The translations under genes were made by a program, and so were the position numbers. A stretch of 64,000 bases of DNA, taken from NCBI RefSeq assembly GCF_009914755.1, contig NC_060925.1; one strand, written 5' to 3'. The notes beneath the pieces are model-generated. The model did no database searches. It was not told where the DNA came from and was given only the letters and a program-made list of their open reading frames with translations. Shown here in pieces: positions 1-17,336 of the stretch (its first letter is position 1; each line of letters opens with the position of its first letter). Origin of the DNA: the human T2T-CHM13v2.0 reference genome, Homo sapiens.

Positions 1-448
1 ATATGCTGGAGGTCCCAGGGGGAGCTGGAGGAGCCCCAGCCAAGGGCTGTGAGGGAGGCCGTGCCCCTTTCCTCCAGCAGGTGCCATCAGGGAGCCAGTG
101 GGAAGGGCTGTCTCCCCACGTGGCGGGGTGGGGAGTTGAGCTCCCTCTCAGCTCCTTCAGGGCCCAGCAGAGGCCAGGACTCACAAGGGGCTGGGCTGTG
201 TGCCTCAGGGCCTATGGGGTGCAGCCCTGACACTGCACAGACATTTGGGGGAAAGAAACTCAGGCCAGCCCCTTCCAGAAACAATCTCAGCCTGCATGCA
301 GGGAGAAAGCAAGTTAGTCTCCTCGGGCCAAGGCCACGGCCGCCTCTGTTCAGCTTTTGTTTTTTTTTCCAGGAGGTTCTTTGTAATTGAAAAGGTCGCT
401 CTACCACTAAAGGGGAGGAGGCCAGGGCAGCAGGACACCCCCCGCGGG
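1..448 (-). other. COL8A2: COL8A2 3'UTR (partial, continues beyond left edge)
   Basis: Directly downstream of the TAA stop (451-449) on the minus strand; no AATAAA (plus-strand TTTATT) seen in this stretch. Confidence 0.85.
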
Positions 449-2367
449 TTATGTGGGGCAGAGCAAGAATCCTGAAAAGGAGGAGTGGATGTACTCCGTG
501 GAGTAGAGGCCGTTGGCCTGGTCCGACGGCATCTGCACCCAGACCTGGTCGTTGGGCCGCAGCTGGAGCACGGCCCCACCAGATGCCTGGTCCAGGTAGC
601 CCTTCTTGTACTCATCGTAGGTATAGGTGGCCGGCACGTTGTTCTTGTACAGGGCCACCCACACGTTGGTGCCCTTGACGTGCACATGGTAAGCAAAGTA
701 GTAGACGCCGCCCACAGGGCAGGTGAAGATGCCAGTGGCTGGGTTGTAGCCGCTGTGGCCATTGTAGAGAGTCCGGTCAAATTTCACGGGCATGCCCGAG
801 GCGGGGAAGGGCGAGGTGAGCACCGCAGTGAAGGCCGGTGTGGCATGGGCAGACAGCTCGCCCAGCCCAAACTGTGGCTTGCCCCCCTTGCCCAGCACGG
901 CACCCTCCACACCGCCGTTGGGCAGGTGCAAGCCTGCGATGCCAGTCTCATCGAAGGCCCCAGGGGCACCAGGGGGTCCCGGGGGCCCGGGAGGCCCCGG
1001 AGGGCCCGTGATTCCAGGGGAGCCAGGGACCCCTGGGGGCCCCGTGGGCCCAGCCGTGCCAGGTTCCCCTGCTCTCCCCTCTCCAGGGGGCCCTGGCAGG
1101 CCTGGTTCCCCCTTCAGGCCCGGCAGGCCTTGGGGCCCAATAGGGCCAGCTGGACCCTGGAGTCCTGGGATTCCTGAGGGACCCCTCAGGCCAGGCTGCC
1201 CAGGGAGCCCCAAGTCACCTTTCTGCCCCAGGGCTCCTGCCACCCCTGGTCCTCCAGGGCGACCCGTGAAACCCGGCTCACCCTTGGGCCCAGTTGGTCC
1301 AGGGGGTCCATGGGCCCCAGGAAGTCCCCTCTCACCTGGGACCCCTGGTTTCCCAGCCAGGCCACTAGGCCCCTGGTCACCTCGAATGCCAGGCACTCCT
1401 GGGGGTCCTCCAGGCCCTGCCTCACCCTTAGGCCCAGGGGGCCCACGTCTGCCAGGAAGCCCTGCAGACCCAGGAAGTCCAGGGGGACCCCCAAGACCCT
1501 GTGGGCCCTGCTCCCCTGGCTCCCCATCCTCCCCTGGCTCACCCCTGTCCCCCAAGAGTCCTGGGACCCCAGCTGGGCCCCTGTCCCCCTTGGGGCCTGG
1601 CAGTCCTGGCATCCCATAGCCAGTGGGGCCTATCAGCCCAGGGGGGCCCCGGGTCCCTGGCTCCCCTTTGGCCCCTGATGGGCCCTGTGGTCCTGGCAAC
1701 CCTGCTGCCCCTGGGACTCCCACACCGTCTACTCCAGGAGGTCCTTTTGGGCCCACAGCTCCTGGCTCCCCCCTGGGGCCTGGAACTCCAGGAGGCCCAG
1801 ACTCACCCTTGTCTCCTGGGGCCCCAGGAAGCCCATCCAAACCAGGTTTGCCTAAGCCAGCTGGACCAGGGAGGCCGGGGGGGCCGGGGGCACCCCCCTG
1901 CCCTGGGGCCCCAGGCAGCCCGGGCTGGCCCACTCCATTATCCCCCTTGAGGCCTCGATCACCTGGGGGCCCAGGCTCCCCCTGGGGCCCTGGTTCCCCC
2001 TGGAATCCTGGGGGCCCTGGCACCCCTTGGGCACCTGGTTTTCCAGGGATAGTAATGCCTGAGGGGCCCGGGAGGCCAGGGGGTCCTGGGGGTCCCCGGA
2101 GGCCCTGGTCCCCTCGTATTCCTGGCTCCCCCCGAAGCCCCGGCTGCCCTGGTGGCCCGACCTTGCCAGGGAGCCCTGGGGGACCAGCCTTGCCCATCCG
2201 GGAGAAGCCAGGGGGCCCAGCAGGGCCAGGCTGCCCATGGAGTCCTGGCTTTCCCATGCCTGGTTTTCCTGGGAAGCCAGGGGGGCCAGGGGGACCCCGA
2301 GGCCCGGGCTTCCCAGGGGGGCCGGGCTCTCCCTTCAGGTCCATCGGCAGCAGCGGTAGAGGCATTT
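449..2367 (-). CDS. COL8A2: Collagen alpha-2(VIII), last exon: triple helix plus C1q-type NC1 domain
   Basis: Acceptor ...ctttctcag|AA at 2369-2368. ORF 449..2365 has a long Gly-X-Y region with 8 imperfections (GMG, GFSRMG, GITIPG, NGVG, AGLG, DGVG, TGYG, GEG) and a C1q domain (AFTAVL...FSGFLLCPT*). 193+1919=2112 nt = 703 aa. Confidence 0.98.
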
Positions 2368-2651
2368 CTGAGAAAGAAAGAGAAAGGGGCAGTCAGGGGC
2401 CTGAACTGTGGGGACAGGGGACCCCATCTACCCATTCCCCCATTCCAGTATGAGGTACACGGGAGAGGAAGAATGGGGCTGCCCCTTCCTGCTCTCATGG
2501 AAGATGGGGTTTGGGGGTGGCCCAGGGGACATCTTGGGGGCAACAGGGTGTCCTCCTTAAGGGCTCCTAACACCCAACCTACCTAGGCTGGGCCTCCTCC
2601 ATGAGCCTGGCTGATTCTCACCTCTCATCCCTGCATGACCTGAAGGTGGAG

Positions 2652-2670
2652 TGGCCACCAGGTGGCACCA
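2652..2670 (+). promoter_or_regulatory. Candidate CTCF site in the last COL8A2 intron
   Basis: TGGCCACCAGGTGGCACCA closely matches the CTCF consensus TGGCCACCAGGGGGCGCTA. Confidence 0.65.
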
Positions 2671-2929
2671 GCAGCCCACCTTAGAGCCCGTGGGAGCAGA
2701 GCCCCACCTCCCAACTTCCCAGTTCATCTCCCCCTTGGAAGACTACCTGTGCCAGCTAACTGCACCGTTTCCAGGCCCTCTGGGGTATTAGGAAAAACAC
2801 TGAAGGTAGGAAAATTGGTGGGGAATGAGGAGCTGTGGAGGGCGCCTGAGGATCTGATGGCTGTCAGGGAGGCAGGGGATTTGGGGGCTGGGAGCGATTT
2901 GAGGCACTGTGGGGTGAGGAGGCTCTCAC

Positions 2930-3122
2930 CCAGGTACTGGCCTTTGCCCTCACGGAAGGGCGGTCCCACAGGTCCTTTCTGCATGGGCTGGATGTACTTC
3001 ACTGGGGCATAGCCCGCCGCCCCACCGGCCCCGCCACCAGAGGACGCCCGCGGCCCACACCCCAGCACCAGCACCAGTAGCAGCAGCAGCAGCGAAGACA
3101 GGGGTGTCAGAGTCCCCAGCAT
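2930..3122 (-). CDS. COL8A2: COL8A2 first coding exon (exon 2930-3138): signal peptide plus NC2
   Basis: Acceptor ttctttgcag|cacgtccacggacgccATG (ATG 3122), [28 protein letters not shown]...KGQYL. Donor CTG G|GTGAGA at 2929; phase 1 joins AA of the next exon to give Glu65, in frame. Confidence 0.96.
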
Positions 3123-3509
3123 GGCGTCCGTGGACGTGCTGCAAAGAAGAACAGAGAAAGTCATCAAGCCAGCCCTGGGTGGTTTGGCACTAGGCCCGGG
3201 GTCACCAAAAGATCAGAATTTAGAGATTACACTGGAGATTTCAGTCAAAAGGCTGAGAAGCAATTCCGAATTTAGATATTATTCACAAGCAATTTTCAAA
3301 GTCGCGGGGGTCTGCATAAGCCACCTCCTAAACTTCTTCAGACCCTGCCTGTGGCTGTTCATCACCCCCACCATCTCCGAGAGCCCAGCCTCCCCAGGAC
3401 AGCAGCCTCCTCAAAACCAGCCAGTCACTCTCTGCAGCCGGGCGTGCCTTTTAGAGCAGTCTGACCTCCCCTGCTAAAAACTCTTGGATGTCAACACCCA
3501 TTTCCATTG

Positions 3510-3690
3510 CTGGGCCAGCTCTCTGCCAGGCACTAGGCTGAGCTCTTTAGGGACATGAATTCACTTAATGCTCAGAACACTTTAACAAGTTATTATTATT
3601 GTCATCTCCATTTTCCAGATGATAAAACTAAAGCAAAAGTCTTGAGGAAGCCAGAGATGGGATTTGTCTTAGGTCTGTCTGACTGCACCT
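3510..3690 (-). mobile_element. MIR fragment
   Basis: ccattttccagatgataaaactaaag is the reverse MIR core. Confidence 0.65.
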
Positions 3691-3767
3691 TCTGCTGATG
3701 CCCTTCTGGACTCCCTGCCACTCGCCTTTGGGATCAAGTCTATGGCGCTTAGCATAGCATTCAAGGC

Positions 3768-4072
3768 TTTTTTTTTTTTTTTTTTTTTTTTTTTTTGAGA
3801 CAGTTTTGCTCGCCCAGTGCAATGTGCAATGGCGCCATCCTGGCTCACTGCAAAATCTGCCTCCCGGGTTCAAGCGATTCTCGTGCCTTAGCCTCCCAAG
3901 TAGCTGGAATTATAGGTGTGTGCCACCACGCCTGGCTAATTCTTGTATTTTTAGTAGAGATGGAGTTTCGCCATGTTGGCCAGGCTGGTCTCGAACTCCT
4001 GACCTCAGGTGATCCGGCTGCCTCAGCCTCCCAAAGTGTTAGGATTACAGGCATGAGCCACCGCGCCCGGCC
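3768..4072 (-). mobile_element. Alu (AluS-like), full length
   Basis: Poly-T head, Alu consensus, TSD gcattcaaggc on both sides. Confidence 0.95.
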
Positions 4073-4489
4073 TGCATTCAAGGCCTTTCTAACCTACTCT
4101 GTGCCTGTGTCTCCAACTCTATTGCCTGCTATCCCTTTCTCTGCCCCTCACCTCCCCACACCTCCACCCAGTAAACCAGAACTTGAAGTTCCCAGGCACC
4201 GGGCACCTTAACACTTCTGGCCTTTGCGCCTGCTATTTCTCTGCCTGCAATGTTATTTTCCTCCTCTACTCATCTTTTATGGCCCTGGGAGGCTGTCATC
4301 CCTTCCTCTATAAAGCCTCATTTCTTTGTGCCCTGACCTATGCCTGTCACAGCATTTGGCTCAACTCAGAGAACAAAGCCTGGGTGAGGAAGAAGCACAG
4401 GCTCTGGAACCAGCCAGGCAGCCTTCCCCTTCCCCTTCCCAGCTGTGGGAGCCTGGGCAGGAGGTCTCCTCATCCATGAAATGAGAGAG

Positions 4490-7710
<3,221 letters not shown>

Positions 7711-8543
7711 AAAGTGGGTTAAAACCTGCTTCTTGGGGCTGCTGTGATAAGTGGAGATTTTGCACCTGGCTCAGAGTGGGCTCCCATTATTCGAAGGAGG
7801 TTCTATTTGGTGTTTTTCATACCCGAGGAAAGTCCCACTTCCCCTCGAATCCCTGCTCTGGGTTCCCCTCACCCTACGCAGGGACCTCTCTGCATCTTTG
7901 CCTGGCAACAAGTGGAGTTTGAGGGTGGGTTGTGGGCGTCTGGGGATGTGTGTGGGGAGAAGGCCTCCCTCAGGCCAGGCTAGGTCTGGGCTTGAGGTCC
8001 CTGCTCCTCCAAGCTTAGGATCACATGGAGCTTTGCAGGAATTAATGCAGGGCTCCAGAGAAGATCCATGGACCTGTCAGCTCTCATGTTCGAATCCCAG
8101 TTCTACCACCAACCCACTCTGTAACCTCAGATGGGCCATTTAACCTTCCTGAGCTTCAGTATCATAGCAACACTTGCCACATCTGTCCCTGTGTGCCAAG
8201 GAGTGATCCAGGCCTCAAAGGCCATAGCTCACTTTAATCCCCTCAACAAACCCATGAAGATCCTGCAGTTATTACCCCCATTTTACAGAGGTAGGAAATG
8301 GAAGCTCCAACTGTAAGAGTCTAAGTGTCAGCTGAGGCCTCGCCCAGAGCCTCCCCTCAGCACAGGCTGCCCGCCTCACCTTGCTCTGATTGATGGCAGA
8401 ACCCATCAAGGCCACGTTACGCAGGCCTGACCCACCGGGGAATGCTGCTGGGGTACCTTGCCAGGCACTGGCCTCATGCTTTACACGTAATCCTCATACA
8501 CGCCTGTGAGGTATGTTATCCCTGTTTTAGAGATGAGGAAACT

Positions 8544-9165
8544 GGCCAGGCATGGTGGCTCACACTTGTAATCCCAGCACTTTGGGAGGCCTAGGCAGGA
8601 AGATCGCTTGAGCCCAGGACTTTGAGATCACTCTGGGCACATAGTGAAACTCTGTCTCTACCAAAAAAATTAAAAAGTTAGCCAGACTTGGTGGCGCGGG
8701 TCTGTAGTCCTGGCTACTCAGGAGGCTGAGGCAGGAAGATCACTTGAGCCCAGGAGGTAGAAGCTGCAGTAAGCCAGGTTTGTGCCACTGCACTCCAGCC
8801 TAAGCAGCAGCAAGATCCTGTCTCACTTAAAAAAAAAAAAAAAAAGAGAGAGAGAGAGATAAGGAGGAGGCAGGGCGCGGTGGCTCACCTGTAATCCCAG
8901 CATTTTGGGAGGCCGAGGCAGGCGGATCACCTGAGGTCAGGAGTTCAAGACCAGCCTGGCCAACATGGTGAAACTCCATCTCTACTAAAAATACAAAAAT
9001 AAGCCAGGCATGGTGGCTGTGATTCCAGCTACTCAGGAAGCTGAGGCTGGAGAATCACTGGAATCCAGGGGGCAGAGGTTGCAGTGAGCTGAGATGGCAC
9101 CGCTGCACTCCAGCTTGGGCGACAGAGAGAGACTCCGTCAAAAAAAAAACAACAAAAAAAAAAAC
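8544..9165 (+). mobile_element. Two tandem Alus inserted in a MIR
   Basis: Alu consensus with poly-A tails; gagatgaggaaactg repeated on both flanks. Confidence 0.9.
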
Positions 9166-9807
9166 GAGATGAGGAAACTGCCTGAGGGGGCCACTCGCCA
9201 AGAGCACCACAGTGAGAGCCTAAGCCCAGGCAGTCCAAGTCCCGAGTTCCAGCCCGTAACCACCACACCATCCCCACTCTCCTGTGCAGGGGAGGGCCCT
9301 CCTGCACTGGCCACCTGAGCTTGGGGGCTGCCCACATGTGCACAGAACCAGAATGTTCTGCTTGGTGGGTGGACAGGGGGATGGGGGAGCAGATGGAAGG
9401 GGCAGAGTGTGTGGCAGGAAGCCGAGGGAGGGGAGGGTCTGCTCTGGCCTGGTTGGCCCATGGTCAAAGTCCTGACACCACCACAAGAGGATCCAGAACA
9501 GCCCTGGCTTCTGGGGGTTGGGAGTGATGGAGGGTGCAGCTGGGAGGGTGCTCAGGGCAAAAAGGACTTCGAGGAGCTCAGGCAGCAGGGCGCCAAGGAA
9601 CAGCCCCAAGTGCAGCCAGGAGCCCAGGCGGCACCCCCGCAAGCTGCCCACCTTTCCTTCCTCCTTGGTAATGGGGGTCCTCCAGCAAGTGTCCTTGACC
9701 CACCCTCTTGGCTCCCTGAATTTGCCCCATCCCAGACCCTTCCATCCTGCACTGCGTTCTGCTCGCTGAGGTCAGGTCTGATGCCAGGACTCCAAAGAGG
9801 TGTCGCC

Positions 9808-9849
9808 ATGAGTGAGGAGGGTATGAGTGAGGAGGGTCTGAGTGAGGAC
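9808..9849. repeat. 15-bp tandem repeat (~2.8 copies)
   Basis: atgagtgaggagggt atgagtgaggagggt ctgagtgaggac. Confidence 0.85.
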
Positions 9850-9999
9850 TGCAGCTGGAAGACCAGGTGTCAGGAACTGCCACAAGGCTTTACACGCAAT
9901 ACGTGACTTAATTCTGACAGCGTCCCTGGGCAAGAGGTGCTAGTTCACAAATGAGGAGACTCAGGGATTTCCAGAGAGGCCCGTTAAGAACCTGAGCTC

Positions 10000-10425
<426 letters not shown>

Positions 10426-12394
10426 TCACCCTGGCTCTCAGAGCTGGAACCTGGCATGCGCCCATCTGGGTGGAGCTGGGGAGTGCGCACTGGCCACAGC
10501 GGTGAGAAGGGTGTGTGCGGCCTATTCAAGGGGCTGCAAAAGAAATGATGCCCCCTGGAATGGTGAAACCGGCAGCCCAGGGACGACGGTTTGCCCCCAC
10601 CCCAGCACCATCAGAGCCACAGGGGCCTGGGCACCTCTGAGCCCCCTGCCCACCTGCCTCCTTTTCACTGCAATCCCTGCCCCCTGACCTCCCCTGCTTC
10701 CTGCACACATGCCGGGCCTCCCTGGGGCTCTCTGGCCTCTGTACATTCTGCCCTCTCGACACCTGGGAAACTGGCTGGACGCCTCCCTTGAGGCCTGCCG
10801 ATACCCACGGGTCCCCGTCATCGCTCTTGTTTCCCCCCGTAGCTCTCCAACTCTTTCCACCACGCTCCCCCACTCTGCCCTGTACAGGGCTTGGCTGGCA
10901 CACAGTGATGCTCCAGTGTTTGATGAACTCAATTCACCATCAAATTTAAAGGACACACCAATAACACACTCAGTCCTTTCCTCAGCTTTGCACAGATAAA
11001 TGTCACATTCACCCAGGGAGTCCATTCCCCAGGTCCAAGGGGCTCATCTGGGCTAGAACGGGAAAAGCAAGGAACATTCACATGGCCTCAATCATAGGAC
11101 CTCAACTAAGAACCATGTGCTCTGGGATTAGAGGTGTGCAGGGGAGGACACTTCATCTGTGTGTTCCTTGCTCTCCCCATGGGGAACAGTGGCCAAGCAG
11201 GGCCGTCAAGGGTCAGGGGCTGGGCCCTGAGGCTCAAGCCTGGCTCTGCCCACGACTGGCTGTGTGACCCTGGGTAAGCCATCACCCTCTCTGGTGACCT
11301 CTTGGGAAATGAAGGTAGAAAGACGGCAGGGCTGGCAGGGGCACGGAGCCCGAGGTGGGACGCACACAGGAGACGCTGATTCAGAGGACGGCGCAGTGGC
11401 GGTCTCGGGTAGATGCAGTGTTTGGACAGCTGCAAGTCCTTAACGGGGATTTCCCCCCTTTTCAGCAAATCCCCATAAAACAGCATTCTGTCCAAGTCAG
11501 CATTTTGTGGCAGCCCGGGCCTCCTCCCAGGGAGGCCAAGGAGACCGGCTGGGAGTGGGGAGTGCTCTGGGATCTTTCAGACCAGTGGTGGCAGAGTGGC
11601 GGTGGTGTGCAGCAAATGGGCCCCAGCAGAAATAATTGGCAAGAAGCAGACCCCTTCACTGCCCCCAGAAATGCCTGAAGAGGGGAAAGGACATTAGCTA
11701 GCAGGGACCCTTCCCAGCAGTCCTGGTCTCCGAAAGAGTCCTTTCCTAGAGGCGACCAGCAGAGGAGGGCTATGTGGTAGCATGGAATTGAAAGACCTGC
11801 CCACTCTCCCATCCCATTTCACAGGTGAGCGATCAGAGGTCTCAATAAAAAAGGGGGGCCTGAGAGTTGGTGCCTCAGGACCCCAGGCACCCGCTAGGTT
11901 CCCAACGGACCGGCAGACCCCCACAGGGTGGGTGGATGAAACGCAGCCCTGCGCAGGCCCCTACTGCTCCAAGCCCCCCACCCACCCCAGACAGAGCAAC
12001 TGCAGCTGAGGGAGCGGTGGGGGCACTCAGGCAGCCCCAGGGCCTGGCCAAACCACAGGTATGTTATGAGACGCTTCCTGTTGTGGAGACATTGCTGTGG
12101 GATCCGGCTGCCCTGCTTGCTCACCCGCCCCGCGCTGCTCTCTCCTTGCTCCCCAGCCTTGCTCTCTGCGCTCTTGCTGGGTCTCTACCCCTGACTCCTC
12201 TCTCCCCTCCTCCTTCTGGCTCTGTCTCTGTCATCACAACAGGTGAACAGCACTTCTGGCTCAGGCCCTCCCTATCAGGGACCCATCCCTGAGACCTCTA
12301 AGGCCCTCCTAGTTCCAGGCAGCCCCTGGACTCCTGTTTCAGCACAGCTACTTACCAGCTGGGTGATCTTGGATGGGTCACTTAAACACTCTGA

Positions 12395-13160
<766 letters not shown>

Positions 13161-13347
13161 GGATTAACTGAGATGATCTAAGCCACCAGTCCCTCCATGT
13201 GTGCTGCCCAACTTGCTACCCTGATGACCTGGAAGTCCTCTCTTCACTCTAATTTCAATTCATCCTGCTGCAAAGCAACTTCTTTCCTCCATCTCTTCAA
13301 AAGCTCAGGTTACTTGCTGCCAAAGGTCAGGATCTTGTAAAGTGAAC

Positions 13348-13668
13348 TTTTTTTTTTTGAGATGGAGTCTCACTTTCTCACCCAAGCTGGAGTGCAGTGA
13401 TCTCACCCAAGCTGGAGTGCAGTGATGAGATCTTGGCTCACTGGAGCCTCCACCTCCTGAGTGTAAGCATTTCTCCTGCATCAGCCTCCCGTGTGGCTGG
13501 GATTACAGGGGTACACACCATCACACCCAGCTATTTTTTGTATGTTTAGTAGAGATGGGGTTTCACCATGTTGGTCAGGCTGGTCTCGAATGCCTGACCT
13601 CAGGTGATCCACCTGCCTCGGCCTCCCAAAATGCTGGGATTATAGGCATGAGCAACCGTGCCTGGCCT
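13348..13668 (-). mobile_element. Alu with internal 25-bp tandem duplication
   Basis: tctcacccaagctggagtgcagtga occurs twice in tandem (~13376-13425). Confidence 0.9.
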
Positions 13669-14429
13669 ATAAAATAAACTTCTAAAGTCAATTTTCTGGC
13701 TTTCTTGACCTTTTCCCCAACCATTCCTGAGATGAAACTGACCAGGGGCCACAAAGCCTGCTCAGGACTAGGAATGAGTTATGGACCTTGGGGAGGAGCA
13801 GAGGAACCCTCCTCACCCTTTGGGCATGACACCCAGCCCAACTGCCCAGCTTGGCAGCTCCAGACTTCTCCAGGGTTCCTGAGCCCCACCTGCCCCACTA
13901 CTCTCCCAGCTGGTAGAAACTGGGGAGCCCTTTCCCATCCTCCTTTCCTGAATCTCGGAAGAAGGAGCAAGGCCCAGGCCCCTCCACACCTCTTCCTCGG
14001 GGGCCCCTCACTGTCTGCCATTGCTGCCCTTGCCCCCAGTCTCCAGCCTCTCCATCCATATGTCCACACGGGCCTGACCCCTCCCCAGCCACCCTCATCA
14101 CTCCCCAGCCCTTCTCAGCCAAGCCTCCTGAAAGAATGCTCTCCACCCTCAGGCCCCACTCACTCCCCCTCCACCCTCTCACCTCGGGGTGCTCCACCTT
14201 GTCACTCTGCTCTTCTCCTTCTTTGAAAAGCTCCTCCTCAGAATCTTCTCTGCCCACTTCCTCTGCCCACTCTCCAGACCCAGGCTTGCCCAAGGAGCTG
14301 GCTCAGGCCTCATCTCTTCTCTCTGGATGTTTCTCCTATAGTGTCTAGCTCCCACCAGCTCCCACAGTGCCAACTCCATCACCGAGGACTCCCACATCTG
14401 TCTCCAACTACGATGTCTCCCCTGAGCCA

Positions 14430-15178
<749 letters not shown>

Positions 15179-16911
15179 TATTTTTGTTTTAAGGGTGAAC
15201 ATCACTTCTGACCCTCCTTCCTTACAGGAAACCCTCTATGCCTTGGTGTACCCCTCTTTTCAGCCAACTCAGCTCCTACTCATCACCTTTCTTGGGTGCC
15301 TTTGTACAGTAGCCAACCTGCACAACTGTACATGACATCTCTCTTCCTTTCCCCCAAACTTCCAACCTTATCCTGTGGACTCTGCCTGCTCTATTTCTCT
15401 CACTTCTGTTCCTTCCCCTGCTTTCCCACAGCCTCACCCTAAGGCAGACCTTGTATTCCCCCAAAACTCAGCCCAGCACCTGGCACACCCCCGTCACTAA
15501 GTAAAAGTGTGTTAAATGGCCACATTCTCTCCTGGATGATCATAAAAGTCTCTCACCCAGTCCCCCAGCCCCACTTTCTCTCTGTTTTCTCAACATAGCC
15601 TATGGAGACTCCCACAATGCTTCTAACACTTTAGGCTGCATCTGGATGACTGGGACAGCCTATCACCATGCAGGTTCTGGGGCCCCATCGAGATTCGGTT
15701 GGTGTGGGATAGGGGCCAACATCTGCCTCTCTAGCGAGCTCCCAGAGGACGCTGACCCTGCCCGTCTGTGAGCCACACGTTGGCACAGTTCTGCCCATGG
15801 CTGTCCCCTGCTCTGGATTTTCCAGTGGCTTCCTGGACAAATTCCATGTTATTCTGCAATTCACATGGCTTCCTGGAGGAGGAGGCATGCTTTAGACTCA
15901 GTAGAATGTGGACCAGTTAGGAAGGAGGGGGTAGAGAGATGGATGTTGAGCCCAGCAAAGCCCTGAGGTCACGTTTGGAGGCACACACTCTAGGTCTAAG
16001 AGTCACGGGGGTAAGGAGAGGGCCAGGGACCAGCTCAACGCAGGAGCCACCGGAGTGTGTGCTGTGCCCTCTGCATCCCTCAGTCCATCGCTGTGTGTCA
16101 CTGAACCCAGGCCTTTGCCTCCTGTGTGTCTCTGACATCTCTGTCTCTGTGCGTCTCTCTCATCCTGTCTCTGTATCACTATCCCACCTATCCACCCATC
16201 TCTGACACTGTTTGTCCTTCTCTGTCCTCTCCCATGTCCTGTGCCTAGGTCACTTTCTGGGTTCCAGGCTCTGTAAATCTCTAGCTGTTGGTCATTGGGT
16301 GGGACCCTTGGGAAGGCCAGCACTGACAGTCCACACCTGCTCCTGTTAACGTCAGGTCTGGGTCTGACTTCCCTGGACAATGCCTGAGCAGCTCCGCGAG
16401 GTCTGGGAAGGGACTTGGCGGGGGGTCCAGTGCCCACGAGCTGAGCTCTCTATCTACTGTGCAGATAAGGACTGCCCCAAAGCCAAAGAGGAGCTCAGAA
16501 TCTGGGAGCTGGAGGGTGGAGGGAGGTGGCCAGATCAGGGCAGGACTGCCTGGGGGCCACCTTCTCACCCAGGTTGAAGGCAGGAGAGGAGGGCTGCCAC
16601 CTGCCCACCTGGTCTGCCCTACCAGACTTCAGTTCCACCTAACAGTCCCAACATCCCTCACCCCTGCAAGTGAGGCTCCCAGACCACAAGTGGCCTCAGT
16701 TTCAGAAGTAGCATCGGAAGGAGGCTTGAAGGGGAGATCAGAGTTCAACAGGCCCACGGGGGCAGGTGATGGTGGGACGGTCCAAGCTGAAATCAGAGCA
16801 AATGACTGGATGAGGAAGGCTTCCAGGGTAGGGGGGCAACCAAGGAGCAGTGAACCTGGGGCTCTGGAACTCGGGAGAGAGACATGGGCTAGAGGTAAAA
16901 ATACAGGTTCG

Positions 16912-17336
<425 letters not shown>

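Noticed and set aside
355-368. A-rich run on the COL8A2 mRNA strand as a possible 3' end
   Set aside because: No upstream AATAAA; more likely an oligo-dT internal priming site.
792-2453. Long plus-strand Gly/Pro-rich ORFs (792-1619, 1623-2453) antisense to COL8A2
   Set aside because: Shadow frames: GGN (Gly) and CCN (Pro) codons are mutually complementary and stop-poor. No promoter, splice or Kozak support.
2724-2929. Reading frame continuing from COL8A2 exon 3 into the last intron
   Set aside because: Strong donor and acceptor, and the intronic peptide is featureless; nothing supports intron retention.
3079-3093. CTG run in the COL8A2 signal peptide, superficially reminiscent of the TCF4 CTG expansion in Fuchs dystrophy
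   Set aside because: Only about four pure units encoding the Leu core of a signal peptide; too short to suggest instability.
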